From Cyanophora paradoxa CCMP329 (taxonomy: Eukaryota > Plantae > Glaucophyta): a stretch of 64,000 bases of DNA. A program made the position numbers and the translations under genes. The notes under the pieces were generated by a model, which searched no databases, was not told where the DNA came from, and worked only from the letters and a program-made list of their open reading frames with translations. Numbering within the stretch: position 1 is the stretch's first letter; each line of letters starts with the position of its first letter. Positions 1-11,605 of the stretch are shown piece after piece. Where the stretch lies: NCBI GenBank assembly GCA_004431415.1, contig QPMI01000655.1, forward strand, positions 1-64,000. Direction: 5' to 3'.

Positions 1-3000
1 GCGGGAGAGGGCCTGGATGCCGAGCCACTTGTTGACGACGAGCGCGTCCCCTTCCACTGCTCGTAGAAGGCCGCCAGCGCCGCCTCCCGCTCCGCCCCGC
101 ACGCCTCCGCGTTGCTCAGCGCCCCAGCGCCGCCAGCTGCGCCCCGCCCCCGCCCTCAGCCCCCGCCGCACGCACGCAGGCACGGGGGCGGGGCGGGCGG
201 GGCGGGGCGGGGCGGGCCTGGTCGGTCATGTTGTCGGCGTCGCGGAACTGGGCGGCGGCGAGGCGGACGGGCTCGGCGTAGTCGGCCTCGGCGGCCCCGC
301 CCGAGGCGAGCTCGACGAGGTAGCCCAGCGCCACGTTGCGCAGGGCGCGCCGGCCCTTGGAGGCGGCGTCCACCGCGTAGGGCCCCCGCGGGGCGTTCTC
401 GCAGTACACCCGCAGCAGCTCGTCGCGCAGCGCCGAGGCGATCTGGCGGCGGCAGCGGCGGGAGACGGCGTGGATGGCGGCGGGGTCGACGGGGGCGGGG
501 GCCATGAGCTGGGCGATGTAGGACTCGGAGGGGAGGGAGAGGAGGGCGGCGAGGAGGCCCTTGGCGCTCTCCTCCGGGGCGGCGAGGGCCTCGGCGAGGA
601 CGGCGCGCAGGGCGCCGAGGTACGCCGCGTCCAGCTCCGCCGCGCTCCCCGCCTGCTCGGCGGCCACCATCCGCAGCATCGTCGCCGCGGCGAGCTGCTG
701 GGCGGCGTCCCAGCGGTTGAAGCCGTCCGAGTCGCGCGCCATGCGGAAGAGCAGGTCGCCCTCCAGCGGCGAGGCGAGGCGCTCGGGGTCGAACTTGAGG
801 GCGACGGGCGCCGAGAAGGAGCGGAGCAGGGAGGGCACGGGGGCCTCCTCGAAGCCGGCGAAGGTCCAGCTCTGCTCCCCCTCCTTGAGCTCGAGCACCG
901 CCTCCGTGGCCCCCGCCTCCATCCCCGCCGGCACGGCCCCCGCGACGATGCGCAGTGGCGAGTCGGCGCCCGTGCTGCGGTCGAGCAGGGCGATCCGCAC
1001 GGGGATGTGCAGGTTCCTCTTGCTCTCCGCCGGCTGGTTCGGCGTCGCCGGGTGCCGCTGCGCCAGCGTCACCGTGAACGTCCCCGCCGCCGCGTCGCTG
1101 CGCCCCGCCCCGCTCAGGCCGGCGCACGATCGGGGCGGGGGCGGGGCCCGGGGCGCACTGGGAGGTTGAGGCGGTGAGGACGGGGGTGCCGGACTGGGAG
1201 TACCAGGTCTTGAACTGGGTGAGGTCGACGCCGGAGGCGTCCTGCATCGCGCCCGCGAAGTCCTCGATGGTCACCGCCTGCCCGTCGTGGCGGGCGAAGT
1301 AGAGGTCCATGCCCCGCCGGAACGCCTCGGCCCCCACCAGCGTGTGGATCATCCGCACCACCTCCGCCCCCTTCTCGTACACCGTCGCCGTCTGCAGCGG
1401 CGCGCGCTCAGCGGGGCGGGGCGGGGCGGGGCAGGGGGGGAGGGGCGGGGGCGTGGGGCGGGGGCGGACGTAGAAGTTGTTGATCTCGATGTACTGGTCG
1501 GGGCGGACGGGGTGGGCCATGGGGGAGGCGTCCTGGGGGAACTGGGCGAGGCGGAGGCGGTTCACGTCGGAGATGCGCTTGAGGGCGCGCGAGCCGCCCA
1601 GCATGTCCCCGGAGAACTCCTGGTCGCGGAACACCGTGAGGCCCTCCTTGAGGGAGAGCTGGAACCAGTCCCGGCACGTCACACGGTTCCCCGTGTAGTT
1701 GTGGAAGTACTGCCGCCCGCCCCCTCCCGTCGGCCCCGGCCGGCTCGGCTCGGCGCGGGGCGGGGCGGGGCGGGGCGGGGCGGGGGGGACCTCGTGGCCG
1801 ATGACGGACTGCACGGCGTCGAAGTCGCCGTCGGTGGCGGTGCGCGGGTCCGCCAGGACGTACTTGTCGTTGAAGATGTTCAGCCCCTTGTTCTCCATCG
1901 CCCCCATCGTGAAGTCCGACACGGCGACGACCATGTACCTGCCCGCCCCGCCGGCGTCAGCCGCGACGAGCCGGACGGGGCGGGGCGGGCGGGGCGGACA
2001 GGTCGAGGTCGTACTCGAGGCCGTAGCGCTCCTCGTCCCAGCGCATCGAGTCCTTGAGGGCCTGCACCGCGTGCCCCACCTGGCCCTCCTTCCCCGCCTC
2101 CACGAAGAAGTGCAGCGCGACCTCCCGCCCCGAGCCCGTCGTGTACGTGTCCGCCACCTTCGCCAGCCGCCCCGCCACCAGCGCGAAGAGGTAGCTCGGC
2201 TTCCGGAAGGGGTCCTCCCACCGCACGAAGTGCCGGCCCCCCTCCAGCTCCCCGCTCTCCACCGGGTTCCCGTTCGACAGCTGCGCCGCCCGCCTCGGCC
2301 GGGGAGCCCCGGGGAGGCGCGCGGCGGGGGCACCAGGTACGGGTACTTGGACTTGTCCGCGATGACCGTCGTCGTGAAGATCGCCATGTTGTCGGGCCTG
2401 CCGGGTGGCGGGGTCGGGGGCGGGGGGCGGGCGGGGTCGGCGGGGCGCAGGGCGGCACCGGTCGTGGAAGAAAGTGATGCGGCGGAAGCCCTCGGCCTCG
2501 CACTGCGTGCAGAAGTTGCCGCTCGACTTGTAGAGCCCCGTCAGCGTCGTGTTCTCCTGCGGCTTGATCCGCGTCTGGATCTCGAGGGTGAAGGAGGCGG
2601 CGGCGGGCGGCTGGGCGATGGCGAGCTTGTGCTCGGTGACGGCGTAGTCGACGCCCTCCACGAGCCGCTTCCCGTCGATGGCGACGTACGCGCACTCCAT
2701 CGCCTCCCCGTCGAGCACCAGCGGCGGCCGCCCCGCCAGCCCCTCCCGCGCCTTCAACACCGACTTCGCCGTCACGAGCGTCACCTGCGCACCCCGCGCT
2801 CGTCGGGGCGCTTCACGCGGGGCGCATGCAAGCGCGCCGGCTGACCTCCTCGCCGAGCTCGAACTTGAGATCGACGGTGTCGAACTGGTAGTCGAGGGGC
2901 TTGTAGTCCTTCAGATAAATCGTCCGCACCACGGACGCCTCCTCCGCGAGCTTCTGCGCCTCCACGAGCGCCGGCGGCACCGTGGCTGTCGCGCCGGACT

Positions 3001-3340
3001 CCGCCGCCTCGCATCGCGGCACCACGCGGAACTCTCGCAGGTTGCCTGCGCTCGAGTCCGGCGTCAGCACGCCGCAGCGCGGGCACAGGGGCGCGACCAC
3101 GTGCGCACGGGCAGATGAGTGGCCGAGGAGTGCGGGACGCCGAGCCTGCCCAAGAAACGTGGAAGCGGACGAAGAGAGGGGCTGCGCTCCGCTCGAGAAG
3201 ACGGCCCGCCGTGCGGCGGAAATGGCGGCGGCGTGCTGAACGTGGGGCCGTGCCAACGCCCTCAGGTGGGGCGCGGCAATCATGCGGAGGTTCACCACGC
3301 GGCCGGCGAGCGGCACGCTGAAGGCCGTGCGATCCGCCAT
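1..3340 (-). CDS. pepN: Aminopeptidase N (M1 zinc metallopeptidase, bacterial PepN type) with putative plastid transit peptide; multi-exon, 3' end runs off the window
   Basis: Spliced exons give [58 protein letters not shown]|[33 protein letters not shown] (HEXXH-18-E), [12 protein letters not shown] and DNMTDQ. ATG at 3340 begins MADRTAFSV. Established PepN motifs. Confidence 0.95.
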
Positions 3341-3386
3341 CTTCTTAGGAGGGGCGGGAGTAAGGATGGGTATAGGAAGATCAAAC
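3341..3386. promoter_or_regulatory. 46-bp spacer between divergent start codons (pepN / haloperoxidase-like); putative bidirectional promoter or overlapping 5' UTRs
   Basis: CAT at 3338-3340 and ATG at 3387-3389. The spacer contains GGGGCGGG and GGTATAGG. Confidence 0.5.
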
Positions 3387-5645
3387 ATGGCGCGGCTCTT
3401 CGCCCTCGTTGCGTACACGGCGCTGCTGCTTGCCGCGCATGCGCTCGCTACATCCCCTCACGACCCCGACCCGCGCGAGCCGTACCTATACTTTTCGGAG
3501 CGCCTTTCGGAGCAGCTGGCCGCGGATGCCACCAGCTCCGAATTTGCGAGGTCCGGCGCTGGATTCGAATTCGGCTTTCGTTTATGAAACATAGATGTTC
3601 GAATTCCTCGCAGTCGAGCGCTCGCTACGGCGCATGTCGCCGTCGCGCGCGCCTTCTCTAAACAGCAAGCGGCGGCGCTCTCACCGAAGATGACCGCGCT
3701 GCTTCCTGCGAGCACGCTCCACGCAATCTTCTACCAGCTCTATTCTCTCTGCCGCACGCGGTACGAGCTCACGCCGTTTCTGAACAATGTATTCGAGGTG
3801 CGCTTGATCGCGTATATCGTGGTTGATTGTAAAGCGTATCATGTCTCATGACATGCAGGAAGCTGCGCGATTCGACGAGGTGCGGAGCCGCGCAGTCCCT
3901 GCGCCGCGATTGCGTCGCAGAAGGAGCCTCTTGGAGCGCGGGGCGGCGGCGCATTACGATTTAGCGCGGGGCGGCGGCGCATTACGGCACGGGGGCGCAG
4001 GTGGAGGCACGGATAGCCCTGGAACGCGGGCGCGCCGCGGCACAGGAGATGCTTGCGGATCGCGTGAGCGACGGTTCCCTCATCCTGCGGATGGTTCGGC
4101 GCGCTTTGCTCTGCGCACGTGCGCTTGCTGACCTCGTCCCAGTACAAGTTCAAGCGCTCGCCGGGGCGCTGGCGCCCTGTCCCGCCTCTCTACCTCACGA
4201 CGCGTGCGGGACCGTCCCTCTCGTGCAGTCAGAGCGCCGACTGGCAGGGACCAGCGGGCATCACGGGCTGGGGGCGGGTGGCCCCATTCAACGCCGGGCC
4301 GATCCCCTTCAGCCTCGGCGGCCCACCCAGCCTTGACGGCATGCACTAGTAAGTCTCCCGCGATCGGGGGCCCGCTTCTCGCGCCGAGCGCTGATCGCGG
4401 TCCCGGGCCGCGCAGCGCGCTGGCGGTGAACCTGACGCGCTCGCACGGCGGCGCGCACAGCGCCTACCGGACCCCCGAGGACGAGGAGCGCGTCGTCTAC
4501 TGGTCCGCACCTCGCGCGCTCCTCCGGCCGCGCCGCGCCCGCGGCCGCGCCGCGCCGCGGGCGCGTCCAGCCGGCGCGCGCAGGCACTTTGCCGGGTTTC
4601 CGGCGGCGCTGCAGCTGCTGGCGGGGCGCTGGCGCGGGCGCGGCGGCTGCCGGTGGCGGAGGCGGCGCGGCTGATGGCGCTGGTGGCGGCGGCGGTGGCG
4701 GACGCGCAGGTCGAGACAAGCCGCAACGAGGACCTCCACGACGCCTGGCGCCCCGTCTCCGCCATCCGCGCCGGTCCCCGCCAGGCCCCGCCACCACCCG
4801 CCCCGCCCGTTCCTCTCCTCCGCCCCCGACGCGCCTCCTCGTGGCGGGGCAGGGATCCCCTCGAACCCCTTCGCGGGAGGCCTGCAGGACGGCGCCTGGC
4901 GGCCCTTCATGGACGCGTTCAGCCGGGAGTACCCCTCGGGCCACGCCGCCCGCGTCGCCGCCGCCTTTCGGCGCGCCCCGTGCTCCCGCGCCGGCGCCGG
5001 GGCCGGGGGCGACCTCGGGCGGGGCGCAGGGCGGCGGAGCTTTTCTTCGGGACGGACCGCCTCGCCTTCAACTTCACCCCGCCCGCCCCGCCGCCCTCCC
5101 GTCCGCATCGTGCGCCCCGGCCGCGGCGCGCTCCCCGGCGGGCGCGCGGGGGCGAGGCGGGGCGGGGCAGCGGGCGCGGGCGTACGCGTCCCTCTCGGAG
5201 GCGGCCGACGAGGCCTACCGTAGCCGCCTCTTCGCCGGCGCGCCCCGCCCGCCCCGCCCCGCGCCCGCCCAGCCCCGAGCCCCGCCCGCTGCAGGCGTCC
5301 ACTTCCCCTTCAGCCTTGCCGACGGGCGGCGGGCGGGACTCCACGCCGCCAAGATCGCGTTCGACGCCCTCGGGGCCCCGGGGCGGCGCCCCGCACCGAG
5401 CCGCCCGTGCCGGGGCAGGGCGCTGCGGAGGCGGGGACGGGGGGGCGGAGGTGGTTGCGCAGTGGCACGCGGCGGAGGCGCTGCCGGCGGGCCCCTGGCG
5501 GCGGCCCGACCCCGACAGCGCGGCGGCGGAGGGCACCTTCCCCCTCCTCCCCGAGGCCGCCGGCGGGGAAGGCGGCCGAGGCGCCTCCCCGCCGGCGGCC
5601 GGCCTCCTCCGCGGCAGCTGCGGCCACGGCATAGGGAGTGCGTGA
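3387..5645 (+). CDS. Secreted vanadium-dependent haloperoxidase-like protein (PAP2 superfamily); multi-exon
   Basis: Signal peptide MARLFALVAYTALLLAAHALA. Exons carry PGRWRP, WGRVAPF, ADAQVETSRNEDLHDAWRP (4698-4754), EYPSGH (4927-4944) and SRLFAG|VHF (5222-5305), i.e. the RP / SGH / SR-x4-H triad of VHPOs. 3' end approximate; a 1-nt indel near 4623-4626. Confidence 0.8.
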
Positions 5646-5693
5646 TCGCGATGGGTAGGCTAGACAGCGTGCGACACTTGATTCGAAGGCAGG

Positions 5694-8600
5694 CTAGCGT
5701 GCGGGGCGGCGGGCGGGGCCGGGGTCGGGGGCCCAGGGCTGGCGGCACTGGGGGCAGCGCTTGAGCTGTATGACGGCGTAGGAGGCGCAGGGGCGGTGGA
5801 AGCTCGCCCCGCAGCCCAGCGGCCCCTCGTGCGTGTACAGCTCCTTCCGCGACGGCGCCGCCCCGCCCGCCCCCAGCGGCCCCAGGCACGACCCGCACCG
5901 GCCCCGCAGCTCTGCACACAGTCAGGAGAAGAGCGGAGGAGGGGCGGAGGCCGCTCGCACCGGCGGGAGCGCTGGAGGAGGCGGCGCCTTCGCGGGAGGG
6001 CGGGCGCGGGGCCGGGGGCCGCGCGGGGGCGGGGGCGGGTCCGGGGGAGGCCCCGCGGGCGACGACCTCGCTGGTGTGCAGGAGGAAGAGCCAGGAGCCC
6101 GGCGGGCCGTCCTGCTTCCCCCGCGCCTGCGCACGCGTCGTGCGTCGGGCGGGAGGCCAGGGAAGGGGCGGGGCGGGGGCGGACGCGGCCGAGGGCGCGG
6201 AAGCAGCCGCTGCAGGAGACGCTCCACAAGTCGAACAGCGTCCCGTTCCCCGTCCGCGCCCGCGTCAGCTGCGCCTCCAGCCTGCGCCGACCCGCTCGGG
6301 GGAGCTCCAAACAAGGCGCCGGCGGGGCGGACCGGACGCGGGGGTAGAGAGAGGAGAGAAGGTCGTTGAGGTCGGCGTGGGGGTACGCCTCCGCGTGCTT
6401 CACGAGGGGCCGCCCGCAGCCGCCGCACGCGTACGAGAGCGCCCCCGAGCCCGTCGAGGCCCCGGACCCCAGCCCGAGGCCCGGGCGCGGCCCCGACGCC
6501 CCGGCCGCCCCGCCCCGCGGCCGCTGGCTCTCGAGCGAGGGCGGGCCCTCGGGCGGCACGGGCGTCGGCGAGGCGCGCGGGGCCTCCATGAGGGGCGCCG
6601 AGCGCGGCCGCCCGATCTCCCCAGAGACGGGGCCCGCCGCCGGGCCGCGCCGGCCTCCTCCGGAGCGGCGCCTGGCGGCGTGCTCCCGTGCACGCGCACG
6701 CTGCCCGTGTCCGAGTCGCTCTGCGCCGCCGCTCGGGCGCCGGCGGGGGCGGCGGGGGCGGCGCGGGAGAGCGCACGTCTTCTGCGGTTCTGGTGCCGGC
6801 GGCTTCTGCGGCGGCGGCCTCCGCAGCCTCAGCGGCGGCGGCGGCGGCGGAAGCCTCGAAACCAGTGGCGAGGCGGCGGGCGGGGCTGCTGAGGAGGGAC
6901 TGCTCGAGGTTCGCTGCGGCGGCCGGCGAGGGGCGGCGGGCGGGGAGGAGGCGGGGAGGGGCGGCGGGGCGGGGCGGGGTGGCGGCGGCGGAGCGTGGCG
7001 GGGCGGGCGGGGCGGGGAGGCGGGGCCCTCGGGCCGAAGAGGAGGCGGCGCGGTGGTCGAGGTCCTCCGAGAGGGAGATGCGCTTGCGCAGGCGGCGCCC
7101 GCCCGGCGAGGCCGCCCCGCCGCCCCCAGGGGCCGCACGGGGAGCCCTCCACGGAGGCCCCCGCGGGGGCCGCCGAGGCCGGCCCTCGCCCGGCGGCGGG
7201 GCACGGGCGAGCTCCGCCGCCGCAGCGCAGCGGCGAGGCCGGGGGAGCGCAGCAGCGGCGGGGCGGGAGCACGAGCGCCCCTCCGCGAGCGCCTCGGCCG
7301 AGGGCGGGCGCGAGAAGCGCGCGGGCGGCTGCGCCGGTCCCGAGGGGCCGTCCGTGGAGTCGGGCGCCCCGCCGGCCTGGCGGGGCTCTGCGAGGAGAGG
7401 CCGGCCCGTGGGGCGTCCGGGGCGGAGGCGGCGGCCGCCCCGCGGCCCGCTCGGGGCTCGACCCGCCGCTCTCCAGCTGAGGGGAGGAGGCCGGGTGCCG
7501 GCGGGCCGGGGCGGCGGGCCCCCCGCGGGCTCGTCGGGGCGGGGCCCGTAGCGCTCGCGGCGAAGATTCTGGGCGAGCTCGCGCAGCTGCCGCCGCTTGG
7601 CCGCCGCCGCCCCTTCCCCCGGCCCCGCCGGCGGGCTCGCCAGCACGATCTCCGCCTGCGTCCGCCGCCGCCCTCCCGCCCCGCCGGCGACGGCGGCGCC
7701 GGCGCGGCCGCCGCCGGCGAGAGGGCGGCGCGTCCCCGACGCTGCGGCGGCGGGCCATGCCCGGGAGGGCGGCTCGGGCGCCGGCGAGGCGGGGCTCTGA
7801 GGGGCGTCGGAGCTGCTCCGCCGGCGTAGGCGCGCCCCGCCGGGAGGCCGTCCGGCGAGGGCGGGCTCAGGGCGGAGGGCGAGGGGGCCTCCTGCAGGGA
7901 GGGCCCGCCTCGGGGGCAGGCGGCGGGGCGGGCGGCGGGGCGTCGGCGGCCGCCTCCGGGGCGTCCGCCTCGTGGCGGAGGCGTATGGGGCGGCCCATGG
8001 CCTCCAGGCTCCGCTCGTAGCCCCTGCGGGGCGCATGAGGGGCGCCGCGGCGGGGCGGGGACGGGCGCGGCGGACGGGGGCGGACCGCAGGGTCTCGACG
8101 ACGGCCTCCATGGCGGGCCGCCGCGCCGGCTCCTGCGGGGCCTCAGCGCCGGCGGGCGGGCGCGAGGCGGCGGGGTGCAAGCGGGCCTGGTGCCAGCACT
8201 GCTCGATGATGGAGCGGAGGACGGGGTCGGCGGTGGCGGGGATCGGCAGCCGCTTGCCCCGGTCCAGGACGAACCTGCCACCCGGTGACTCCCCGGGGCT
8301 GAGCGGGGGGGCGAGGGGCGCCAGACCGCTCGATGGCGCGCTCCTCCTTGGCCTCCTTGAAGGGGACCTCGCGGGTCACGATCTGGCGGCGCCGCGTGAG
8401 GCCGGCGGGGGCGGGGGGCGCGGGGGCGGAGGGGGCGGGGGGCGTGCCTCCCAGAGGAGGGTGCCGAAGCTGAAGACGTCGCTCTTGGCGGTGTAGGGGC
8501 GGAGGTCCATCACCTCGGGGGCCATCCACGGGTAGCTCCCCACGATCTCCCGCCCCGAGGCCCCCGCCCCCGCCCCCGCCGTCGCCCGCTTCACCGTCGC

Positions 8601-9215
8601 CAGCCCGAGGTCCCCCAGCTTGGCGACGAGCTCGGGGCGCCACCGCACCATCACGTTCAGACTCTTGACGTCCCGGTGCAGCACCGGCCGCAGCTGGTTG
8701 TGCATGAACGAGAGCGCGCACGCCACCTGCCGCGCGATCCGCACGCGCGCCAGCAGCGGCAGCTCCCGCCGGCTCGCCAGCACAGCGCCCAGGTCCTCGT
8801 CCATCTGCCGCCGGCCGCGTCGGCGACGGCGGGCGGCCCGCGGGCGGGGCGAGCGAGCGCACGCGCTCCATGACGAGGCGGAAGGGGGACTTGGCCGTCT
8901 GGACGCCGATGACCTGCACGACGTACTCCGAGCGCAGCGACGCCTGCGTGTCCAGCTCGTCCAGGAAGTCCTCCAGCTCGCTCGAACTCGCCCCCCAGTG
9001 CAGCTCCTTGATGGCGCATGGCTCTCCGAAGTACGTGCCGGCCCACACGACCCCATACGCGCCGCTCGCAATGCGCGCCCCTGTAGAATTGCGCGCGTAA
9101 GCGTCGGCGGCGGCGACAGCGCCGCCTCCCGCCACGGAGTACGCTCCTGGCCAAGCTTGCGAGCGCGCTCCGCACCTTTGATCAGATACGCGGGATTAAC
9201 CTCCAGCGACCTCAT
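5694..9215 (-). CDS. Tyrosine-kinase-like (TKL) protein kinase with low-complexity linker, Yippee/Mis18-like Zn domain and C-terminal RING finger; multi-exon
   Basis: Kinase motifs IASGAYGVVW, CAIKEL, HRDVKSLN, KLGDLGLA, GSYPWMAPE, SDVFSFG. Downstream exons YACGGCGRPL...VSCSGCFRALG. Last exon (5694-5911) CGSC...H-x5-C-x4-H-x2-C...CPQCRQPW, then TAG at 5694-5696. Kinase is certain; fusion into one gene is inferred. Confidence 0.8.
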
Positions 9216-9437
9216 CTTGCTCGACTCGCTTCACCGCAAGCGCTCTCGCGGCGGCCAGCACTGGTAACCGCCGGAGCGCGAAAGGCGCTTGCAACCAATG
9301 CTAGTAACTCATGGGAGCTGTACCCGCTGTACCCGCGCTGTACTTTGGGAGCCCCGGGTTCCGTCCAACCGGGCCTGCGAGGCAGTCGCTTGAAACCTGC
9401 CGTGCTGTACCCCAGAGACCCGGGTACGCCACGCGAC

Positions 9438-9501
9438 GCGACAAGTGGGGAGTGCCTGCGACAAGTGGGGAGTGCCCGCGACGCGACAAGTGGCGAGTGC
9501 C
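9438..9501. repeat. Three near-identical 19-bp direct repeats (GCGACAAGTGG[G/C]GAGTGCC) in the divergent kinase/SR-protein intergenic region
   Basis: Copies at 9438-9456, 9458-9476 and 9483-9501, read directly. Confidence 0.9.
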
Positions 9502-9601
9502 TGGCCGGCGCAAAGGAGTCGAAGAGCTCAGCGGGGCGGCGCCAGCCAGGGAAAAGCCAGGAGTGGACGGGGCGAAGCGTTTGAGCGGCGTTGCGGCAGC
9601 G

Positions 9602-11486
9602 ATGTCGCGCGTTTTCGTTTCCAACGTGTCGCCTTCAGTCTCGGAAGCCAACCTCAACGAGTTCTTCTCGTTCTGCTCCAGCGGATCGTGGATCAAGCTG
9701 CAACTGCACGGAACGTACGCACTGCTCGCGGCCGCTGACATTCCCGTTCACAGCCCCGCTGAACATCCTGTCACAGTGCCCCGGATGGTTCGCGTAGCTA
9801 CGTCGTTGAATTCGGAGCCGACGCTTCTGCAAGCATCGCTGTCCTTCTGAACGGTTCGTGCCAGCTCGATCGTGCGCTCACGTTCGCTTGCTCACGAAAG
9901 CCGCAGGCACGGAGTTGCTGGTAGCTCCCGCTTTGTTTGCGCGCTCCGCCGTGCCGCGGGCTCACTTCTTCGTGCAGGACCGCAAGATAGCGATATCGCC
10001 TACGATACCGCCGCCCCCAACGGTGTCGCACGCTCCGGCTGCGGTTAGTTCTAGCCCGCAGCCCCTCGCAACAGTTCCTCCAGGATCAGCCCCCCTTGCG
10101 CCGTATCCGTCTTCGGGAGCCCCCGTGAACGTGAACCCTAACAAGGTTCGGAAGTTGGCGCCTCCTGTTTCCAACGCCTCATCGCTTTGTATGCAGGCGG
10201 ATGAGGTGGCCAGGACGCTCTACGTTGGAAACATCGCGAACAGCATCACGGACGAGCAGCTCCGCCAGTTCTTTTCGGTCTTTGGCAAGATTGTCTTTCT
10301 CCGTGTTGCTGGGCAGGAGGTGCCGAGGCTGGAGCTGTGAGCACCGCGTCCGCCGCTGACAACTCTGCAGTCGTCGAACCTCAGCCGCTATGCCTTTGTG
10401 GAATTTGAACAGCTGTTCATGGCGGACACGGCCCTCGCCGCGAACGGGACGCTCCTCGGCGGCAACGCCCTCAAGTGAGCGTGCCGCCTCCGCCCGCTGG
10501 CGCACCGCGGGCCGACGCGGCGCAGGGTGATGAAGTCGAAGAACCCTTTGGTCAAGAAGCCCGAAGAGATTGGGGGGCCCAAGACGGTTAGCAGCGCGAT
10601 GCGCGAGGTCGAGAAGGCCCGCGTCCGCCTTGAGCGCAAGCTCGCCGGCCTGCCTCCGCTCACCCCGGAAGAAGAAGGTTCGTTTGCCCCGCGCCGCCCT
10701 CGCGCCCACCGCTAACGGCCGCGCAGAGCGCATGTTCAGCGGCTCGAGCGGGCCGGAAAATGCGAGGCCATCGCCGCCCGACCGGGATCGCCGCATGCCG
10801 CGCAGCCCGCCGCCACCTAGGAGGCGCTCGCGGGAACGCAGCCGGTCTCGGGACTGGAGGCGCAGCCGCAGCCGCGACCGCAGCCGCGACCGCAAGCGGA
10901 GCCGGAGCAGGAGCCGCCGCAGGTCCGCTACCCTGCCGCCCTCGCGTGCCGCCGGCGGAGGGCTGAAGGCGCCGGCTCAGGTCGCCCGGGCGGGATCGCA
11001 AGCGGTCGCGGAGCCGGAGCCGGTCGCGGGATCGCAAGCGTGACGACAAGTCCCGGGACGAGAGGGACAAGTCGCGCAAGGACGACGAGAAGAAGGAGCG
11101 CAAGGACGACGAGAAGAAAGATCGCAAGGACGACGGGAAGAAAGATCGGAAGCGCAGCAGGTCGAAGAGCCGGGACAGGGACCGGAAGCGCGACAAGGAC
11201 GACAAGAAGAAGGACGAAACCAAAGAGGAGAGGGAAGCTCGCAGGTGCGCGGGGATTCGGGGGCGCGCGCGACTGGAATGCCGGCGTGACCCCTTCGCCG
11301 CGCAGGGAAAAGCGTAGGAAAGAGAAGGAGGAGAAGCGGGCGAAAGAGAAGGAGAGCAAGGAGGGGGGCAAGGCCGAGGGCGGGGACGGCGCCAAGCCTG
11401 CCGAAGCGCTCGCCGACAAGCCTGCCGAAGCACCTGCAGACAAGCCTGCCGATGCGCCCGCCGCGGAGCCAGCCAAGGCGGAGTAG
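9602..11486 (+). CDS. SR-related splicing regulator, SREK1/SRSF11 (p54/SRrp86)-like: two RRMs, RS domain, charged tail; multi-exon
   Basis: MSRVFVSNVSPSVSEANLNEFFSFC, ADEVARTLYVGNI...LRQFFSVFGKI, RYAFVEF, KSKNPLVK, then RSRSRDRSRDRKRSRSRSRRRS and a K/D/E-rich C-terminus ending at TAG 11484-11486. Confidence 0.85.
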
Positions 11487-11605
11487 GCAGCGAACCCTTC
11501 AGGGCCTGTACTTTCAGATTTACACATGTCGTCAATACATGCCTGCAGTTGGTGCCTATAGCTCGCTCCACAAGACCGCGGCTGGCTGCTCGCTCGGCAC
11601 CCTTC

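Noticed and set aside
9438-9501. CRISPR-like array
   Set aside because: Spacers are 1-6 nt, there are only three units, no cas genes, and the context is eukaryotic.
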